From Bacteroidia bacterium (lineage in GTDB: Bacteria > Bacteroidota > Bacteroidia > JADZBD01): DNA of 64,000 nucleotides. The translations under genes and the position numbers were made by a program. The stretch lies in assembly GCA_020852255.1 (NCBI GenBank), contig JADZBD010000002.1, forward strand, positions 283,531 through 347,530, given 5' to 3'. The notes beneath the pieces were generated by a model. It searched no databases. It was given only the letters and a program-made list of their open reading frames with translations, and was not told the origin of the DNA. Shown here one piece after another: positions 30,728 to 41,253 of the stretch (within the stretch, counting starts at the first letter, position 1; every line of letters begins with the position of its first letter).

Positions 30728-32515
30728 TTACTGATAGCCTACGTTGAGCAAGGCCTGATTAATAAATTTACTCTCCTTGGAGTACACTTTGAACTTGTAA
30801 TCTCCCTTTTTATAGATAGAATATTTAAAATACGTTGTTTGCAGCGTCTTTTTGGAGAGATCGTACTCCTTAGTTTCATATAGCTTGTAATCACCGCCAT
30901 CTTTACGATAAATATCCATGATCAACCCCAGGGTATTCAGCGTATTCGGCTTGTTGGTTACCACAATCCACACGTAACTGCCTTTGTTTGCATTGATATC
31001 AACCGCATCCGTCTTTTCCCCGAGGTATCCGGTGTTTTCGTTAAGCCCGAGAGAAACATACACCTCAGACTCAGAATACGGGTCATCTTTCCCGCCATTC
31101 TTATTATTATCTCCCCCTGTGACATCAACGCTCAGGAAGGCATCGTTGATCCATTTACTTTCCTTGTTATAGATCTTAAACTTATAATCCCCTGCTTTAT
31201 ATATAGAGTATTTGAAGTAAGTGGTTTGCAGGGACGTTTTGGAAAGGTCATATTCCTTTGTTTCGAGCAGTTTATAGTCTCCTCCATCCTTAGTGTAAAC
31301 ATCCATGATCAAACCCAGGGAATTAAGTGTATTGGGCTTGTTGGTTACCACTACCCACACATAAGAGCCGTTCGGGGAAATATCAACAGAGGTAACCTCT
31401 TCTCCCAAACTTCCGGTTTCTTCATTTAAACCGAGATTGATGGAAACCTTTGATTTGGTATAAGGGTCATCGCTCCCCGAATTATTGTTGCTGTTTTTGT
31501 TATTGTTATTGGAATAATTTGAGTTTCCGCCGCCCAGCTGGCTGGCATCCTTGATTGGAAGCCGGTCACCCATAATCGTGTTGATAGAGCCTGCGTTCTT
31601 GGGAATGGTCAGGCCCTTAACTGTGAGTTTTGTCAAAATATCGGACTTAGGCGCCACGATATAATACATGCCATTAACACCTCCCACCAGGCCGATACCG
31701 GTCTTGTTACCTACAGCGGTCGCGATACCGATCACCTTATTGGATTCGTTGAATACCGGTCCGCCGCTGTTTCCGCCGTTGATCTGGGCATCTGTCTTAA
31801 TGTATCCGTAATCCTTGTTGAATACATAATCAAGTCCGGAGAATTTACCGAAAGTGAGTGTACTCATATCTTTTTTATGTGTATCAAATTCCCCGTCGTA
31901 CTGGGCAGGAAATCCAAATACACAGAGATCTTCTCCCTGCTGAGCTGCATCTGAATTACCGATTGGAAGCGGGAAGAATTTAGTGTAAACCGGCTGTCCT
32001 TTAATGTCGGAAACAATTTTCAGGACTGCTCCGTCAAACGATCCGGTACCCATCGTAAGTACTTTCGCTACATAAAGCGTATAGTCTGCTTCCCCTTTTC
32101 CGTGGTAAACCTGCACAATCGGGGTGGTATAACCCGTGCGGTAGGCTTTCACAAAGCCCGGACTGTTCACCAACTCATCGGAGTAAGGATCCACAGCACT
32201 CCGGGTGGTTCCGGTCTCATCTTTATAATCATAGTCAATATAGCCCTTCACGCAGTACTCTACCACGTGCCGGTTGGTAAAAATTACCCCATCCTCTGTA
32301 ACAAAGAATCCTGATCCGCGCCCGATATAACCAGAACCAGGCTTGGAAGGGTTAGACTTTTCAATCGCTGAATCCACCAGGAGTATCTTGACAACACCCT
32401 TGTAATAGTTCGCAGCAATATACTTTGAGTCAAGCCCCTTAGCGGGGGGCTGTGCAAGGAGTGAGCCTCCCAGTAAGGTCAGAACGATACCAACCAGTAA
32501 ATTTTTAAGTTTCAT
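30728..32515 (-). CDS. Secreted trypsin-like (S1) serine peptidase with two tandem duplicated C-terminal domains
   Basis: Signal peptide. TNRHVV (His), GNSGGPVF (Ser). Two ~120-aa C-terminal repeats at roughly 80% identity (DDPY[TS].S.V..LGLNE.TG.LGE...VVTNKPNTLN.LGLIMD.Y.KDGGDYKL.ETKEYDLSK..LQTTYFKYSIYK.GDYKFK.Y.KESK). Confidence 0.75.
   Translation of the reverse strand: MKLKNLLVGIVLTLLGGSLLAQPPAKGLDSKYIAANYYKGVVKILLVDSAIEKSNPSKPGSGYIGRGSGFFVTEDGVIFTNRHVVEYCVKGYIDYDYKDETGTTRSAVDPYSDELVNSPGFVKAYRTGYTTPIVQVYHGKGEADYTLYVAKVLTMGTGSFDGAVLKIVSDIKGQPVYTKFFPLPIGNSDAAQQGEDLCVFGFPAQYDGEFDTHKKDMSTLTFGKFSGLDYVFNKDYGYIKTDAQINGGNSGGPVFNESNKVIGIATAVGNKTGIGLVGGVNGMYYIVAPKSDILTKLTVKGLTIPKNAGSINTIMGDRLPIKDASQLGGGNSNYSNNNNKNSNNNSGSDDPYTKSKVSINLGLNEETGSLGEEVTSVDISPNGSYVWVVVTNKPNTLNSLGLIMDVYTKDGGDYKLLETKEYDLSKTSLQTTYFKYSIYKAGDYKFKIYNKESKWINDAFLSVDVTGGDNNKNGGKDDPYSESEVYVSLGLNENTGYLGEKTDAVDINANKGSYVWIVVTNKPNTLNTLGLIMDIYRKDGGDYKLYETKEYDLSKKTLQTTYFKYSIYKKGDYKFKVYSKESKFINQALLNVGYQ
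30731..31483 (-). repeat. Roughly 390-bp tandem duplication (two copies, ~80% nt identity) inside the protease gene
   Basis: Compare plus-strand 30761-30960 (...aataaatttactctccttggagtacactttgaacttgtaatctccc...) with 31148-31350 (...gatccatttactttccttgttatagatcttaaacttataatcccc...). Confidence 0.7.
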
Positions 32516-32701
32516 ACGGGGTTAAATGTGGTTTCGGCAAATTTAATTATTTCTGATACCTCCATGCATTAAAAACCTTGCCAAAAATCATGATTTCTTA
32601 CCATAGCTTTATGCCTGATTTTCATGCTATTCAACATCCGGGGGTGGATAAAGCCCTCTGTTTGAAACCTTATCCCCCTTTCTTCGTTGTAAATTAGCAG
32701 C

Positions 32702-33652
32702 ATGCCAATGAGGTGGACCATTCATCTTCTTTCTTTCATTGCAACCGCCGGGTGGGCAGTCCCGCCCGGAACCGACACCCTTCGCATTGACTATGGGAAG
32801 GTAACCGTGCCCCTGAATAATACCGACCGGTATTTTATCAACAATACAGACCTCTTTCTGGAAGGGGTGGATACCCTCACACAAACCCACTTCTGGAGAA
32901 GACTGATCCGTTTATCACCTGATTCGGGGATCGTTTGCCTGGGGCATGACCGACGGATCGTAGAAGTGATTCCGGTTAAAAAGTGGGAACAATACTCTGA
33001 CAGCCGGCTTAAATCGTACCGCGACAGTGTACGGAAAGCACTCGGTACTGATTCCACGGAAAGGGTCCTATTCACCAAAGGCAAATCAAATTTTTACCTT
33101 ATCGAGACGGTAGCACCCGAAATACACCGGGGTATAGAGATATTTGAGGAAAACGGTGTAGATCCTTTTTATGCTCAGGCCATTCTGCTGATTGAAAGTC
33201 CTGGACGCCTGCAAAAATCCACTGCCGGGGCATATGGCCCGTTTCAGCTGATGCGCAGGGTGGCACAGCACATGGGACTTAAAGTAAATAAGCACGTGGA
33301 CGAGCGGAAGGATTTTGACAAATCGGCCTGGGCTGCCTCCAAGCTGATCCGCACCATCTGCATTCCCTACACGAATGCAATGCTGGAAAAAAGGGGCATT
33401 GCCTGGTGTGAAACAGACCTTTGGTACCGGCTGCTGGTGCTTCATGTTTATCATGCCGGCGCAGGCAATGTGGAAAAAGCGCTGGCTGTTATCAATCCGG
33501 AAGTTGGCAGCATGGAACTTATAAAAACGCTCTGGAATACACGCGCAGGGGCATTTGGAAATTCCTCCCAGAATTATTCCCAGTTAGCCATTGCTTCCAT
33601 CCTGGAACTCGACGAAAGCCTCGGGTATGGTCTGAGCAGGCAAGGCAACTGA
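32702..33652 (+). CDS. Lytic transglycosylase (SLT domain) protein
   Basis: Signal peptide. SLT-like ESPGRLQKSTAGAYGPFQLM and LIESPG pattern. Confidence 0.5.
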   Translation: MPMRWTIHLLSFIATAGWAVPPGTDTLRIDYGKVTVPLNNTDRYFINNTDLFLEGVDTLTQTHFWRRLIRLSPDSGIVCLGHDRRIVEVIPVKKWEQYSDSRLKSYRDSVRKALGTDSTERVLFTKGKSNFYLIETVAPEIHRGIEIFEENGVDPFYAQAILLIESPGRLQKSTAGAYGPFQLMRRVAQHMGLKVNKHVDERKDFDKSAWAASKLIRTICIPYTNAMLEKRGIAWCETDLWYRLLVLHVYHAGAGNVEKALAVINPEVGSMELIKTLWNTRAGAFGNSSQNYSQLAIASILELDESLGYGLSRQGN

Positions 33653-33674
33653 AAAGCCGGAAATATCTCTACAT

Positions 33675-34925
33675 TTGGAAATGTCCTTTAAGGGAAAAAC
33701 ATTCACTTTCCTGCTCAGTATGCTGGCAGGATGCAATGCAGTATTTGCCGGAGGTTTCCAGGTCAACCTGCAAGGTCAAAAAGCGACCGGTATGGGTCAT
33801 ACAGGCACCGGTTCAGCAAGGGATGCCTCAGCGCTGTTGTTCAATCCGGGCGCCCTGGCCTTCATGGATTCTGTGAATAGTATCATTTTTGGATCCAGTT
33901 TTATTATCCCGAAGATCGCCTACCGTGAACCCTGGCCCGGAGATTACACCGCGCAAAACGAATTGCATGTAGGAACCCCTTTCAGTCTCTATGCAGCTTT
34001 TAAATTAAAACCTCAGCATCATTTTATGCTCGGACTGGCCGTTTATACCCCCTTTGGGAGTCGTTCCGAATGGCCTTCTGACTGGAAGGGACAATTTCTG
34101 ATTCGGGAAATCAATCTGAAAACGATATTCATCCAGCCCACCATTTCTTACCGGATTGACGATAAAATGGGAGTCGGGCTGGGAGTAATCTATGCTACCG
34201 GAGGATTTGGTTTGCGGAAGGGTGTTCCTGTGCAGGACAGTTCCGGCAATTACGGCGAAGGGACACTGGACGGAGCGGCCCGTGGTTTCGGAATGAACGT
34301 AGGCTTTTTTTACCGCCTCACTCCTTCCCTCACTGCCGGCATCAATCTCCGCTCAGCCGTAAAAGTGGAAGTAAAAAACGGTTCGGCCTCCTTCGAAGTG
34401 CCCTCTTCACTGGAAGAGTATTTTCCTGCTACCACTTTCCGGACCTCACTTACCCTTCCGCCGGTAGTTACAGCAGGATTTGGCTGGCGGGCGGATAGTG
34501 CCTGGAGCTTTGCCGCCGATATGAATTATGTGGCCTGGAGAACCTATGATTCACTTCGTATTGATTTTGAAGAAAACACAGATAAACTAAAGGATATCTC
34601 TTCTGCGAGGATGTATCATAACTCCTATATTTTCCGGGTAGGAGCTGAATGGAAGATAAAGAATGGTCATGCACTGCGTATGGGTGCTTATTACGATATG
34701 ACACCCGTACCTGACGGTTACCTGACCCCTGAAACGCCAGACGCAGATAAAACAGGAATAACCTGCGGCGCAACGATCAAAATGGGACAAAAGGTAAATC
34801 TGGACCTTTCTTTCCTGTATATAGAAGGTCAGGAACGGACCGATACCAACATAGAGACACAATTCGGGGGAACATTCAAAAGCAGGGCATTCGTTCCGGG
34901 ATTCGGACTGGAAGTGAAGTGGTAG
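33675..34925 (+). CDS. FadL/OmpP1-family outer-membrane transport beta-barrel
   Basis: GGFQVNLQGQKATGMGHTGTGSARDASALLFNPGAL is the family N-terminal signature. C-terminal aromatic residue. Confidence 0.65.
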   Translation: MEMSFKGKTFTFLLSMLAGCNAVFAGGFQVNLQGQKATGMGHTGTGSARDASALLFNPGALAFMDSVNSIIFGSSFIIPKIAYREPWPGDYTAQNELHVGTPFSLYAAFKLKPQHHFMLGLAVYTPFGSRSEWPSDWKGQFLIREINLKTIFIQPTISYRIDDKMGVGLGVIYATGGFGLRKGVPVQDSSGNYGEGTLDGAARGFGMNVGFFYRLTPSLTAGINLRSAVKVEVKNGSASFEVPSSLEEYFPATTFRTSLTLPPVVTAGFGWRADSAWSFAADMNYVAWRTYDSLRIDFEENTDKLKDISSARMYHNSYIFRVGAEWKIKNGHALRMGAYYDMTPVPDGYLTPETPDADKTGITCGATIKMGQKVNLDLSFLYIEGQERTDTNIETQFGGTFKSRAFVPGFGLEVKW

Positions 34926-35030
34926 GTAATAGTGGGAAGTGGGAAGTTGGCAGTCACGGGAAAGCCTTTGGTCTATTAGTTTTTTAAAGTCGAACCGGAT
35001 TGATTACATTGGTCCCAATAATCACCTATT

Positions 35031-36245
35031 ATGAAAAAAATATTTACGCTCTTTTTTGCTTGCAGCACTGTTTCTGCTTTTGCTCAAACCTGGCTTTTAC
35101 CTGACACCAGCGGCGGAAGGTACTGTAACGAGATTTTTTCCAATGTAGTCACCACTTCCAACATCAGCTACGGGCAGGCAATGAATATCAATAACACCAA
35201 CCAGGTGCTGCAGCTGGATATTTATTCGCCCGCCGGAGATACTGTTTCACACAAGCCCCTGATTGTACTGGCCCATGGCGGAAGTTTTATCTCAGGCAGC
35301 CGTACCTCTCCGGACGTTGTTACCCTTTGTACCCGGCTGGCTAAGATGGGATATGTAGCTGTTTCTATTAGTTACAGACTCGGTATTGGTTTCCCGATTG
35401 ACTCCATCAACGCCACAAAAGCCGTAGTACGTGCTACCCAGGATATGAAAGCAGCCGTTCGGTTTTTCCGGCAGGACGCAATGGGCGCGAACCTCTATAA
35501 AACGCACCCCAATTATGTATTTGCCGGTGGAGTATCAGCGGGAGCATTTATGGGATTGCATCTCGCCTATCTCGATCAGGTATCCGAGGTGCCAACATGG
35601 ATCAATCTTTCCACCATCGGAGGCTTGGAGGGCAATAGTGGAAATCCGGGATATTCTCACAAGGTGAATGCGGTGATCAACCTTTGCGGTGCGCTGGGCG
35701 ATTCATCCTGGCTCGTAAGCGGAGATCCACCCCTGTTGAGCATGCACGGGAATCAGGACGCGACCGTTCCCTTTGGAACCGCGATGATCTATGTTCTTTC
35801 CTTCCCGGTTATGATCGTTGACGGAAGCGCTTCACTCGAACTCCGCGCGAACAATGTAGGAGTTCCCAACACTTTTTATCCATGGTGGGGACAGGATCAC
35901 GTTCCGTTTACCAGCAGTACTGCCTATATGGATTCAACCGTTTGGGCAATCAGGGATTTTCTTTGTCCCCTGGTTGTGCAGCCAAGTGCTACAGGGGTCA
36001 GCGAATTGGTCATGGAGCCTGTTCTGAATGTATATCCCAATCCGGCCGGAGATCAATTCACTCTTTCTATTCCAGGAAAACAAACAGGATTTACGGTTAT
36101 GATTTTCGATGTAAATGGCAAACTACTGATTGAAAAGCGGGATCAGACTACTTTATCCTGCACATTCCTTGAAAATGGTATTTACATCATCCGAGTACAA
36201 ACCTCCGAAGGAATGTTCTATCATACCCGACTGTTGAAGAAATAA
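35031..36245 (+). CDS. Secreted alpha/beta-hydrolase (esterase/lipase) with type A T9SS C-terminal sorting domain
   Basis: Signal peptide. LAHGGSF oxyanion region, GGVSAGA nucleophile elbow. C-terminus VYPNPAGDQFTLSIPG...IFDVNGKLL...GIYIIRV. Confidence 0.65.
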   Translation: MKKIFTLFFACSTVSAFAQTWLLPDTSGGRYCNEIFSNVVTTSNISYGQAMNINNTNQVLQLDIYSPAGDTVSHKPLIVLAHGGSFISGSRTSPDVVTLCTRLAKMGYVAVSISYRLGIGFPIDSINATKAVVRATQDMKAAVRFFRQDAMGANLYKTHPNYVFAGGVSAGAFMGLHLAYLDQVSEVPTWINLSTIGGLEGNSGNPGYSHKVNAVINLCGALGDSSWLVSGDPPLLSMHGNQDATVPFGTAMIYVLSFPVMIVDGSASLELRANNVGVPNTFYPWWGQDHVPFTSSTAYMDSTVWAIRDFLCPLVVQPSATGVSELVMEPVLNVYPNPAGDQFTLSIPGKQTGFTVMIFDVNGKLLIEKRDQTTLSCTFLENGIYIIRVQTSEGMFYHTRLLKK

Positions 36246-36271
36246 ATCAGAGGATTGATGCAGTATTAATT

Positions 36272-36763
36272 TTACTTCTTTCCTTTCCCTTTACCGTTGT
36301 TCCCGCCACCGCCACCTTTAGAATCGTTGTTCGCTTTCTTTCCTTTCATCTTGCCATTTTTTCCCTTTGCGCTGTTCTTCAAGGCATGAAACTCCGGAGA
36401 ACCGGGCTTGATCCCCATCTCCTTTGCTACTGCTCCCCATCCTCCTTTACCCTTGTGACGGTTGAATGAGGCAAGGATCGCATCATGTGATTTATTCATT
36501 TGTTGTGCAATCTGCAATAACATAAATACATCCGCCGGGTTACCTCCCATCTTCACCATCAGTTCGTCTATCAGCTGATTCCCGCAGTTGAAACTGGTGT
36601 TCATTTCTACCTTAAAGGCTTTCATGTCCAGCTTTGCACTGGCGTTGAGTTCATTCAACTGAACATCGAGTTCCTTATCGCCTGTTCCGGCTTTAAAGGT
36701 TACTGTTTGGGCACTCATGGTATAAACCATAATAACAAAAAGATGCAGCAAAGTGGTTTTCAT
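36272..36763 (-). CDS. Hypothetical secreted protein with Lys/Gly-rich low-complexity tail
   Basis: Signal peptide MKTTLLHLFVIMVYTMSAQ. The C-terminal 40 aa read KGKNGKMKGKKANNDSKGGGGGNNGKGKGKK. No family recognised. Confidence 0.4.
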   Translation of the reverse strand: MKTTLLHLFVIMVYTMSAQTVTFKAGTGDKELDVQLNELNASAKLDMKAFKVEMNTSFNCGNQLIDELMVKMGGNPADVFMLLQIAQQMNKSHDAILASFNRHKGKGGWGAVAKEMGIKPGSPEFHALKNSAKGKNGKMKGKKANNDSKGGGGGNNGKGKGKK

Positions 36764-36805
36764 GGGACTGTTTTGAGTCGAATTTACTAAAACTCCGGAA
36801 TAAAT

Positions 36806-39800
36806 CTAAGCACCATGGCAATTCTTGTATTTTTTACCTGAGCCACAGGGACATGGATCATTTCTTCCTACTGTTTTTTCCGCAATGATGGGTTGCCGCT
36901 TTTCAGGAGTCTGATTGGCTTGCGGCTGGCTCTGCGGTCCGGGTCCGGCTCGCTCCGTACGGGAGGTCTGCAACTTGGGTTGCGACTGTCGTTGCTGCGG
37001 AGCCTGCCGCATCTGCTGATTATTCTCTCCCTGAATGGCACACTTGCTCAGGAAAGAAACCACTTCCCGGTTTGTACGGGAAAGCATCTGATTAAACAGG
37101 TTAAAGCTTTCGAATTTATAGATCAGCAGCGGATCTTTCTGTTCGTAAACTGCGTTTTGCACGCTGGTTTTAAGATCATCCATTTCCCTGAGGTGCTCCT
37201 TCCAGGAATCGTCTATCATGGCCAGCACAACAGATTTTGTCATTTCCAGCGATATGCTGGCGCCTTGTGTTTCATAGGCCTTTTTGAGGTTTGCAACGAG
37301 CTGCAGGGTTTTGATACCGTCTGTAATAGGCACTACAATATTCTCGAACTGCTGTCCTTGTGTTTCATACACATTTTTGATTACCGGCCATGCCCTGGAA
37401 CTGAGTGCATTCGCCTGTTCGGCATAGTGCGTTTCTGCTTTAGAAAACACCTCGGCTGTAATCTGATCGGTTCCCAATCTATTGAAATCTTCTTCGCTCA
37501 CTGGCGACTCAACGGATAAGGTCCGGATCAGGTCCAGATTAAAATTAGGGTAGTCTTTCACTTCATGATGATCGCTGACTACGAGTTGGCTCACATCATA
37601 GAAGGTGTTCGAAATGTCAATGGCCAGCTTATCTCCAAAGAGTGCGTTTCTCCGCTTCGTATATATTACATCGCGCTGGGCATTCATTACGTCGTCGTAC
37701 TCGATCAGGCGTTTCCGGATTCCAAAATTGTTTTCCTCAACTTTTTTCTGAGCACGCTCAATAGAACCTGAGATCATGCCGCTTTGGATCACGTCGCCTT
37801 CCTTGTATCCTACGCGGTCCATCATTTTTGTAATTCTTTCCGAACCGAAGAGGCGCATCAGATCATCTTCCATTGAAACGAAGAACTGGGAGGAACCCGG
37901 ATCACCCTGACGGCCGGCCCGCCCGCGAAGCTGGCGGTCTACGCGCCGCGACTCGTGGCGCTCCGTACCAACAATAGCCAATCCGCCCGCCTCCCTAACT
38001 CCAGGTCCCAGTTTAATATCTGTTCCCCTTCCGGCCATATTTGTGGCAATAGTAACGGTACCGGCCTTTCCGGCTTCCTGAACAATCTCTGCCTCCTTCT
38101 GATGAAGTTTCGCATTCAGAACATTGTGTCTTATTTTTCGCATGGTGAGCATCTTGCTCAACAACTCCGAAATTTCTACAGAGGTTGTTCCCACCAGCAC
38201 CGGCCGGCCTGCGTTCACACACTTTACGATCTCCTCGATAACCGCAGTGTACTTTTCCCTCTTTGTTTTATAGATCAGGTCATTATGATCTTTCCGGGAA
38301 ATATTGCGGTTAGTTGGGATGACTACTACATCCAACTTATAAATGTTCCAAAACTCCTGTGCCTCTGTTTCGGCCGTACCGGTCATACCGGCCAGCTTGT
38401 GATACATGCGGAAATAATTCTGCAGCGTAATGGTTGCATAGGTTTGTGTGGCTGCCTCCACCTTCACATTTTCCTTGGCCTCAATCGCCTGATGCAATCC
38501 GTCAGAATACCTTCTTCCCTCCAGAACACGCCCGGTCTGTTCATCAACGATCTTTACCTTCCCGTCTGCCAGAATATAATCCACATCCTTTTCAAACAGT
38601 GCGTATGCTTTGAGCAATTGCTGCACGGTATGCACGCGTTCGGACTTGATCGAATAATCACGTAGAAGTTCATCCTTCTTTTTCCGCTTTTCATCTTCTG
38701 TACCGGCTCCCCGCTCGATCTCCGCGATAATGGCTCCCACATCCGGAAGCACAAAAAAGTGCCGGTCATCCGTTGAGGAAGTAATCAGTTCAATTCCCTT
38801 CTCGGTTAATTCAACCGAATTATTCTTTTCATCGATCACAAAAAACAGCTCGGCATCCACTTTCGGCATGTGCTTGTTCTGCTCCGCCATATAATGATTC
38901 TCCGTTTTCAACAGCAACGCCCTGTTTCCCTGCTCTGAAAGGAATTTGATGAGTGCCTTATTCTTTGGAAGTCCGCGATGAGCCCGCAAAAGGGCAATGC
39001 CTCCCTCTCCTTCCTTTTCTCCTGCCTTTCCTTCAGCAATCAGCCGTTTCGCATCCGCCAGCGCCGTATTGATATAATTCCGCTGAGCATTGAACAACTT
39101 TTCTACTTTAGGCTTATAGGCCTGAAATTCCTGGTTATCTCCACGAGGTGTGGGACCGGAAATAATCAGAGGAGTACGCGCATCATCAATAAGGACGGAA
39201 TCCACCTCATCCACAATGGCATAATGATGTTTGCGTTGAACCAGATCTCCTAGTTCCCTTGCCATATTGTCGCGGAGGTAGTCGAATCCGAATTCATTAT
39301 TTGTTCCGTAGGTAATATCAGCGTTATAAGCAGCACGTCGTTCCGATGAATTCGGTTCGTGCATATCAATGCAATCCACCGTAAGGCCCAGGTATTCGAA
39401 CAGAGGTCCGTTCCATTCTGAGTCGCGTCGGGAGAGGTAATTATTCACTGTAACTATATGCACTCCGCGTGCCGGGAGAGCGTTCAGGTAGACCGGGAGT
39501 GTAGCTACAAGTGTTTTTCCTTCTCCGGTAGCCATCTCCGAAATTTTACCCTGATGAAGCACGATGCCGCCAATCAGCTGCACATCGTAATGCACCATAT
39601 CCCAGGTGACTTCATTGCCGGCTGCCATCCAGTGATTTTGCCAGGCTGCCGTATCACCGCTGATCCGTACATAACCTTTACGTACCGCAAGGTTCCTGTC
39701 CAGCTCTGTTGCTTTTACTTCCAGAACCGGATTCTCCTTTAAGCGTTTCGCTGTCTCCTTTACCACCGCAAACGCTTCGGGAAGAATTTCTTCGAGCTTT

Positions 39801-40099
39801 TCCTCTATTTTCTTCAGAATCTCCTTGTCCAGTTTTTCCGCCTCCGAGAACAATCGCTCTTTCGTGGGAATATCTGCGGCTGTTTCGGCTTCTTTTCGAA
39901 GCCGTTTCACTTCATTCTCTTCTATTTCAATGTATTCGGAAATGCGCTTGCGGAAGTTCGCCGTCATACTGCGCAGTTCATCGTGGTTAAGCTTCGCTAT
40001 CTTTTCGGACGCCCGGTGAATCTCCTCCACCATGGGGCGGATCAACTTCAAGTCTCTCTCATACTTGCTTCCGAAGATCTTGGAAAGGAATCCGAGCAT
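36806..40099 (-). CDS. secA: Preprotein translocase ATPase SecA
   Basis: [19 protein letters not shown]-terminus (a start two codons upstream at 40105 is also possible), DEAD-like motor, C-terminal zinc finger [14 protein letters not shown]. Confidence 0.95.
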   Translation of the reverse strand: MLGFLSKIFGSKYERDLKLIRPMVEEIHRASEKIAKLNHDELRSMTANFRKRISEYIEIEENEVKRLRKEAETAADIPTKERLFSEAEKLDKEILKKIEEKLEEILPEAFAVVKETAKRLKENPVLEVKATELDRNLAVRKGYVRISGDTAAWQNHWMAAGNEVTWDMVHYDVQLIGGIVLHQGKISEMATGEGKTLVATLPVYLNALPARGVHIVTVNNYLSRRDSEWNGPLFEYLGLTVDCIDMHEPNSSERRAAYNADITYGTNNEFGFDYLRDNMARELGDLVQRKHHYAIVDEVDSVLIDDARTPLIISGPTPRGDNQEFQAYKPKVEKLFNAQRNYINTALADAKRLIAEGKAGEKEGEGGIALLRAHRGLPKNKALIKFLSEQGNRALLLKTENHYMAEQNKHMPKVDAELFFVIDEKNNSVELTEKGIELITSSTDDRHFFVLPDVGAIIAEIERGAGTEDEKRKKKDELLRDYSIKSERVHTVQQLLKAYALFEKDVDYILADGKVKIVDEQTGRVLEGRRYSDGLHQAIEAKENVKVEAATQTYATITLQNYFRMYHKLAGMTGTAETEAQEFWNIYKLDVVVIPTNRNISRKDHNDLIYKTKREKYTAVIEEIVKCVNAGRPVLVGTTSVEISELLSKMLTMRKIRHNVLNAKLHQKEAEIVQEAGKAGTVTIATNMAGRGTDIKLGPGVREAGGLAIVGTERHESRRVDRQLRGRAGRQGDPGSSQFFVSMEDDLMRLFGSERITKMMDRVGYKEGDVIQSGMISGSIERAQKKVEENNFGIRKRLIEYDDVMNAQRDVIYTKRRNALFGDKLAIDISNTFYDVSQLVVSDHHEVKDYPNFNLDLIRTLSVESPVSEEDFNRLGTDQITAEVFSKAETHYAEQANALSSRAWPVIKNVYETQGQQFENIVVPITDGIKTLQLVANLKKAYETQGASISLEMTKSVVLAMIDDSWKEHLREMDDLKTSVQNAVYEQKDPLLIYKFESFNLFNQMLSRTNREVVSFLSKCAIQGENNQQMRQAPQQRQSQPKLQTSRTERAGPGPQSQPQANQTPEKRQPIIAEKTVGRNDPCPCGSGKKYKNCHGA

Positions 40100-40233
40100 A
40101 TTCATTAAATTGTATCCTGTTGTATCACAGGGGGAAAAGGATAACAAAAGTAAACTTTATTTGCCATGATCCGAAGGGAAGGGTCAATATTGATGCCAGG
40201 AAGACCGGGGAGGACGAATTGACAGGGAGAGAT

Positions 40234-40289
40234 AAAAAAAACTCCCGGAAGCCAGGCTCCCGGGAGAAAAAAAAGGAGTTATAAACTCC
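40234..40289 (-). terminator. Tandem rho-independent terminators (two hairpins, each followed by U8) on the minus strand
   Basis: Minus-strand RNA: GGAGUUUAUAACUCC-U8-CUCCCGGGAGCCUGGCUUCCGGGAG-U8. The first hairpin overlaps the stop of the DUF2795-like gene. Confidence 0.6.
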
Positions 40290-40510
40290 TAATATTCATC
40301 CTCATTGAAGAAGAAATCCTCTTTGGTAGGATAATCAGGCCAGATTTCTTCAATGGATTCATACGACTCTCCTTCATCTTCAATTTCCTGAAGGTTTTCG
40401 ATCACTTCCATAGGGGCGCCTGTACGAAGAGCAAAATCAATGAGCTCTTCTTTGGTCGCAGGCCACGGGGCGTCTTCCAGGTATTGTGCAAGTTCCAGTG
40501 TCCAGTACAT
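40289..40510 (-). CDS. Small acidic protein, DUF2795-like
   Basis: 73 aa. LAQYLEDAPWPATKEELIDFALRTGAPMEVIENLQEI matches the remembered DUF2795 pattern. Acidic tail. Confidence 0.45.
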   Translation of the reverse strand: MYWTLELAQYLEDAPWPATKEELIDFALRTGAPMEVIENLQEIEDEGESYESIEEIWPDYPTKEDFFFNEDEY

Positions 40511-40687
40511 AATTATCCTCCTTAGAGATGCTTTAAGGTAAAACGCAATTCAATCTAAAAGGTTGCTTTGCTCTCCTCCGCGCTCAGGGCCCTTGTGCAA
40601 CATTCGTGCAAAAGTAGAAATTAGCCTCACATATCAAAGCTCCTGTGGAAAAAGATTCAAGGAAAGAAAAAGTAACTGAAAATCAGC

Positions 40688-41236
40688 CTATAAACGTGGC
40701 TTCCAGGGCATTTCAGGGCTCCCGGTGTCTGCCGAAATCCTCCGGGCCAGCACAAAGAGGTAATCAGACAGGCGGTTCAGGTATGTGATGATGATATTCT
40801 CCACAGGATGAGCCGCCGCCAACGCTACACTGAGCCTTTCCGCCCTGCGGCAAACGCAGCGTGCGATATGACAATACGACACCGTTGTGTGGCCTCCAGG
40901 CAGAATAAAAGATTTCATTTCAGGAAGACCTGAAAGCATCTCATCGATTTGCTTCTCCAGCAACTTCACATCCTCCTCACCAAGATCCGGCAATTTCATT
41001 CTTGCTTTTTCAGGATCCGATGCAAGGCTTGATCCGATGGTGAACAGGCGATCCTGGATCTCCCCCAGTATGTTTCCGAAAGGCATAGCTTCCTTCTGGT
41101 CGCGGATCAGTCCGATCCAGGAATTCAGTTCATCAACCGTACCGTAGGCTTCAATCCGTGCATGCGATTTCGGCACTCGCACACCACCTATGAGTGAAGT
41201 ATCTCCTTTATCGCCGGTTTTTGTGTAAATTTTCAT
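40688..41236 (-). CDS. PduO-type ATP:cob(I)alamin adenosyltransferase
   Basis: MKIYTKTGDKGDTSLIGGVRVPKSHARIEAYGTVDELNSWIG is the canonical MMAB/PduO N-terminus. Confidence 0.85.
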   Translation of the reverse strand: MKIYTKTGDKGDTSLIGGVRVPKSHARIEAYGTVDELNSWIGLIRDQKEAMPFGNILGEIQDRLFTIGSSLASDPEKARMKLPDLGEEDVKLLEKQIDEMLSGLPEMKSFILPGGHTTVSYCHIARCVCRRAERLSVALAAAHPVENIIITYLNRLSDYLFVLARRISADTGSPEMPWKPRL

Positions 41237-41253
41237 AACGCTGAATGATTGCT

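Noticed and set aside
34926-35030. GTGGGAAGTGGGAAGTTGG mini-repeat in the intergenic region
   Set aside because: Only two short copies, with no hairpin or further periodicity. It may simply be promoter-proximal sequence.
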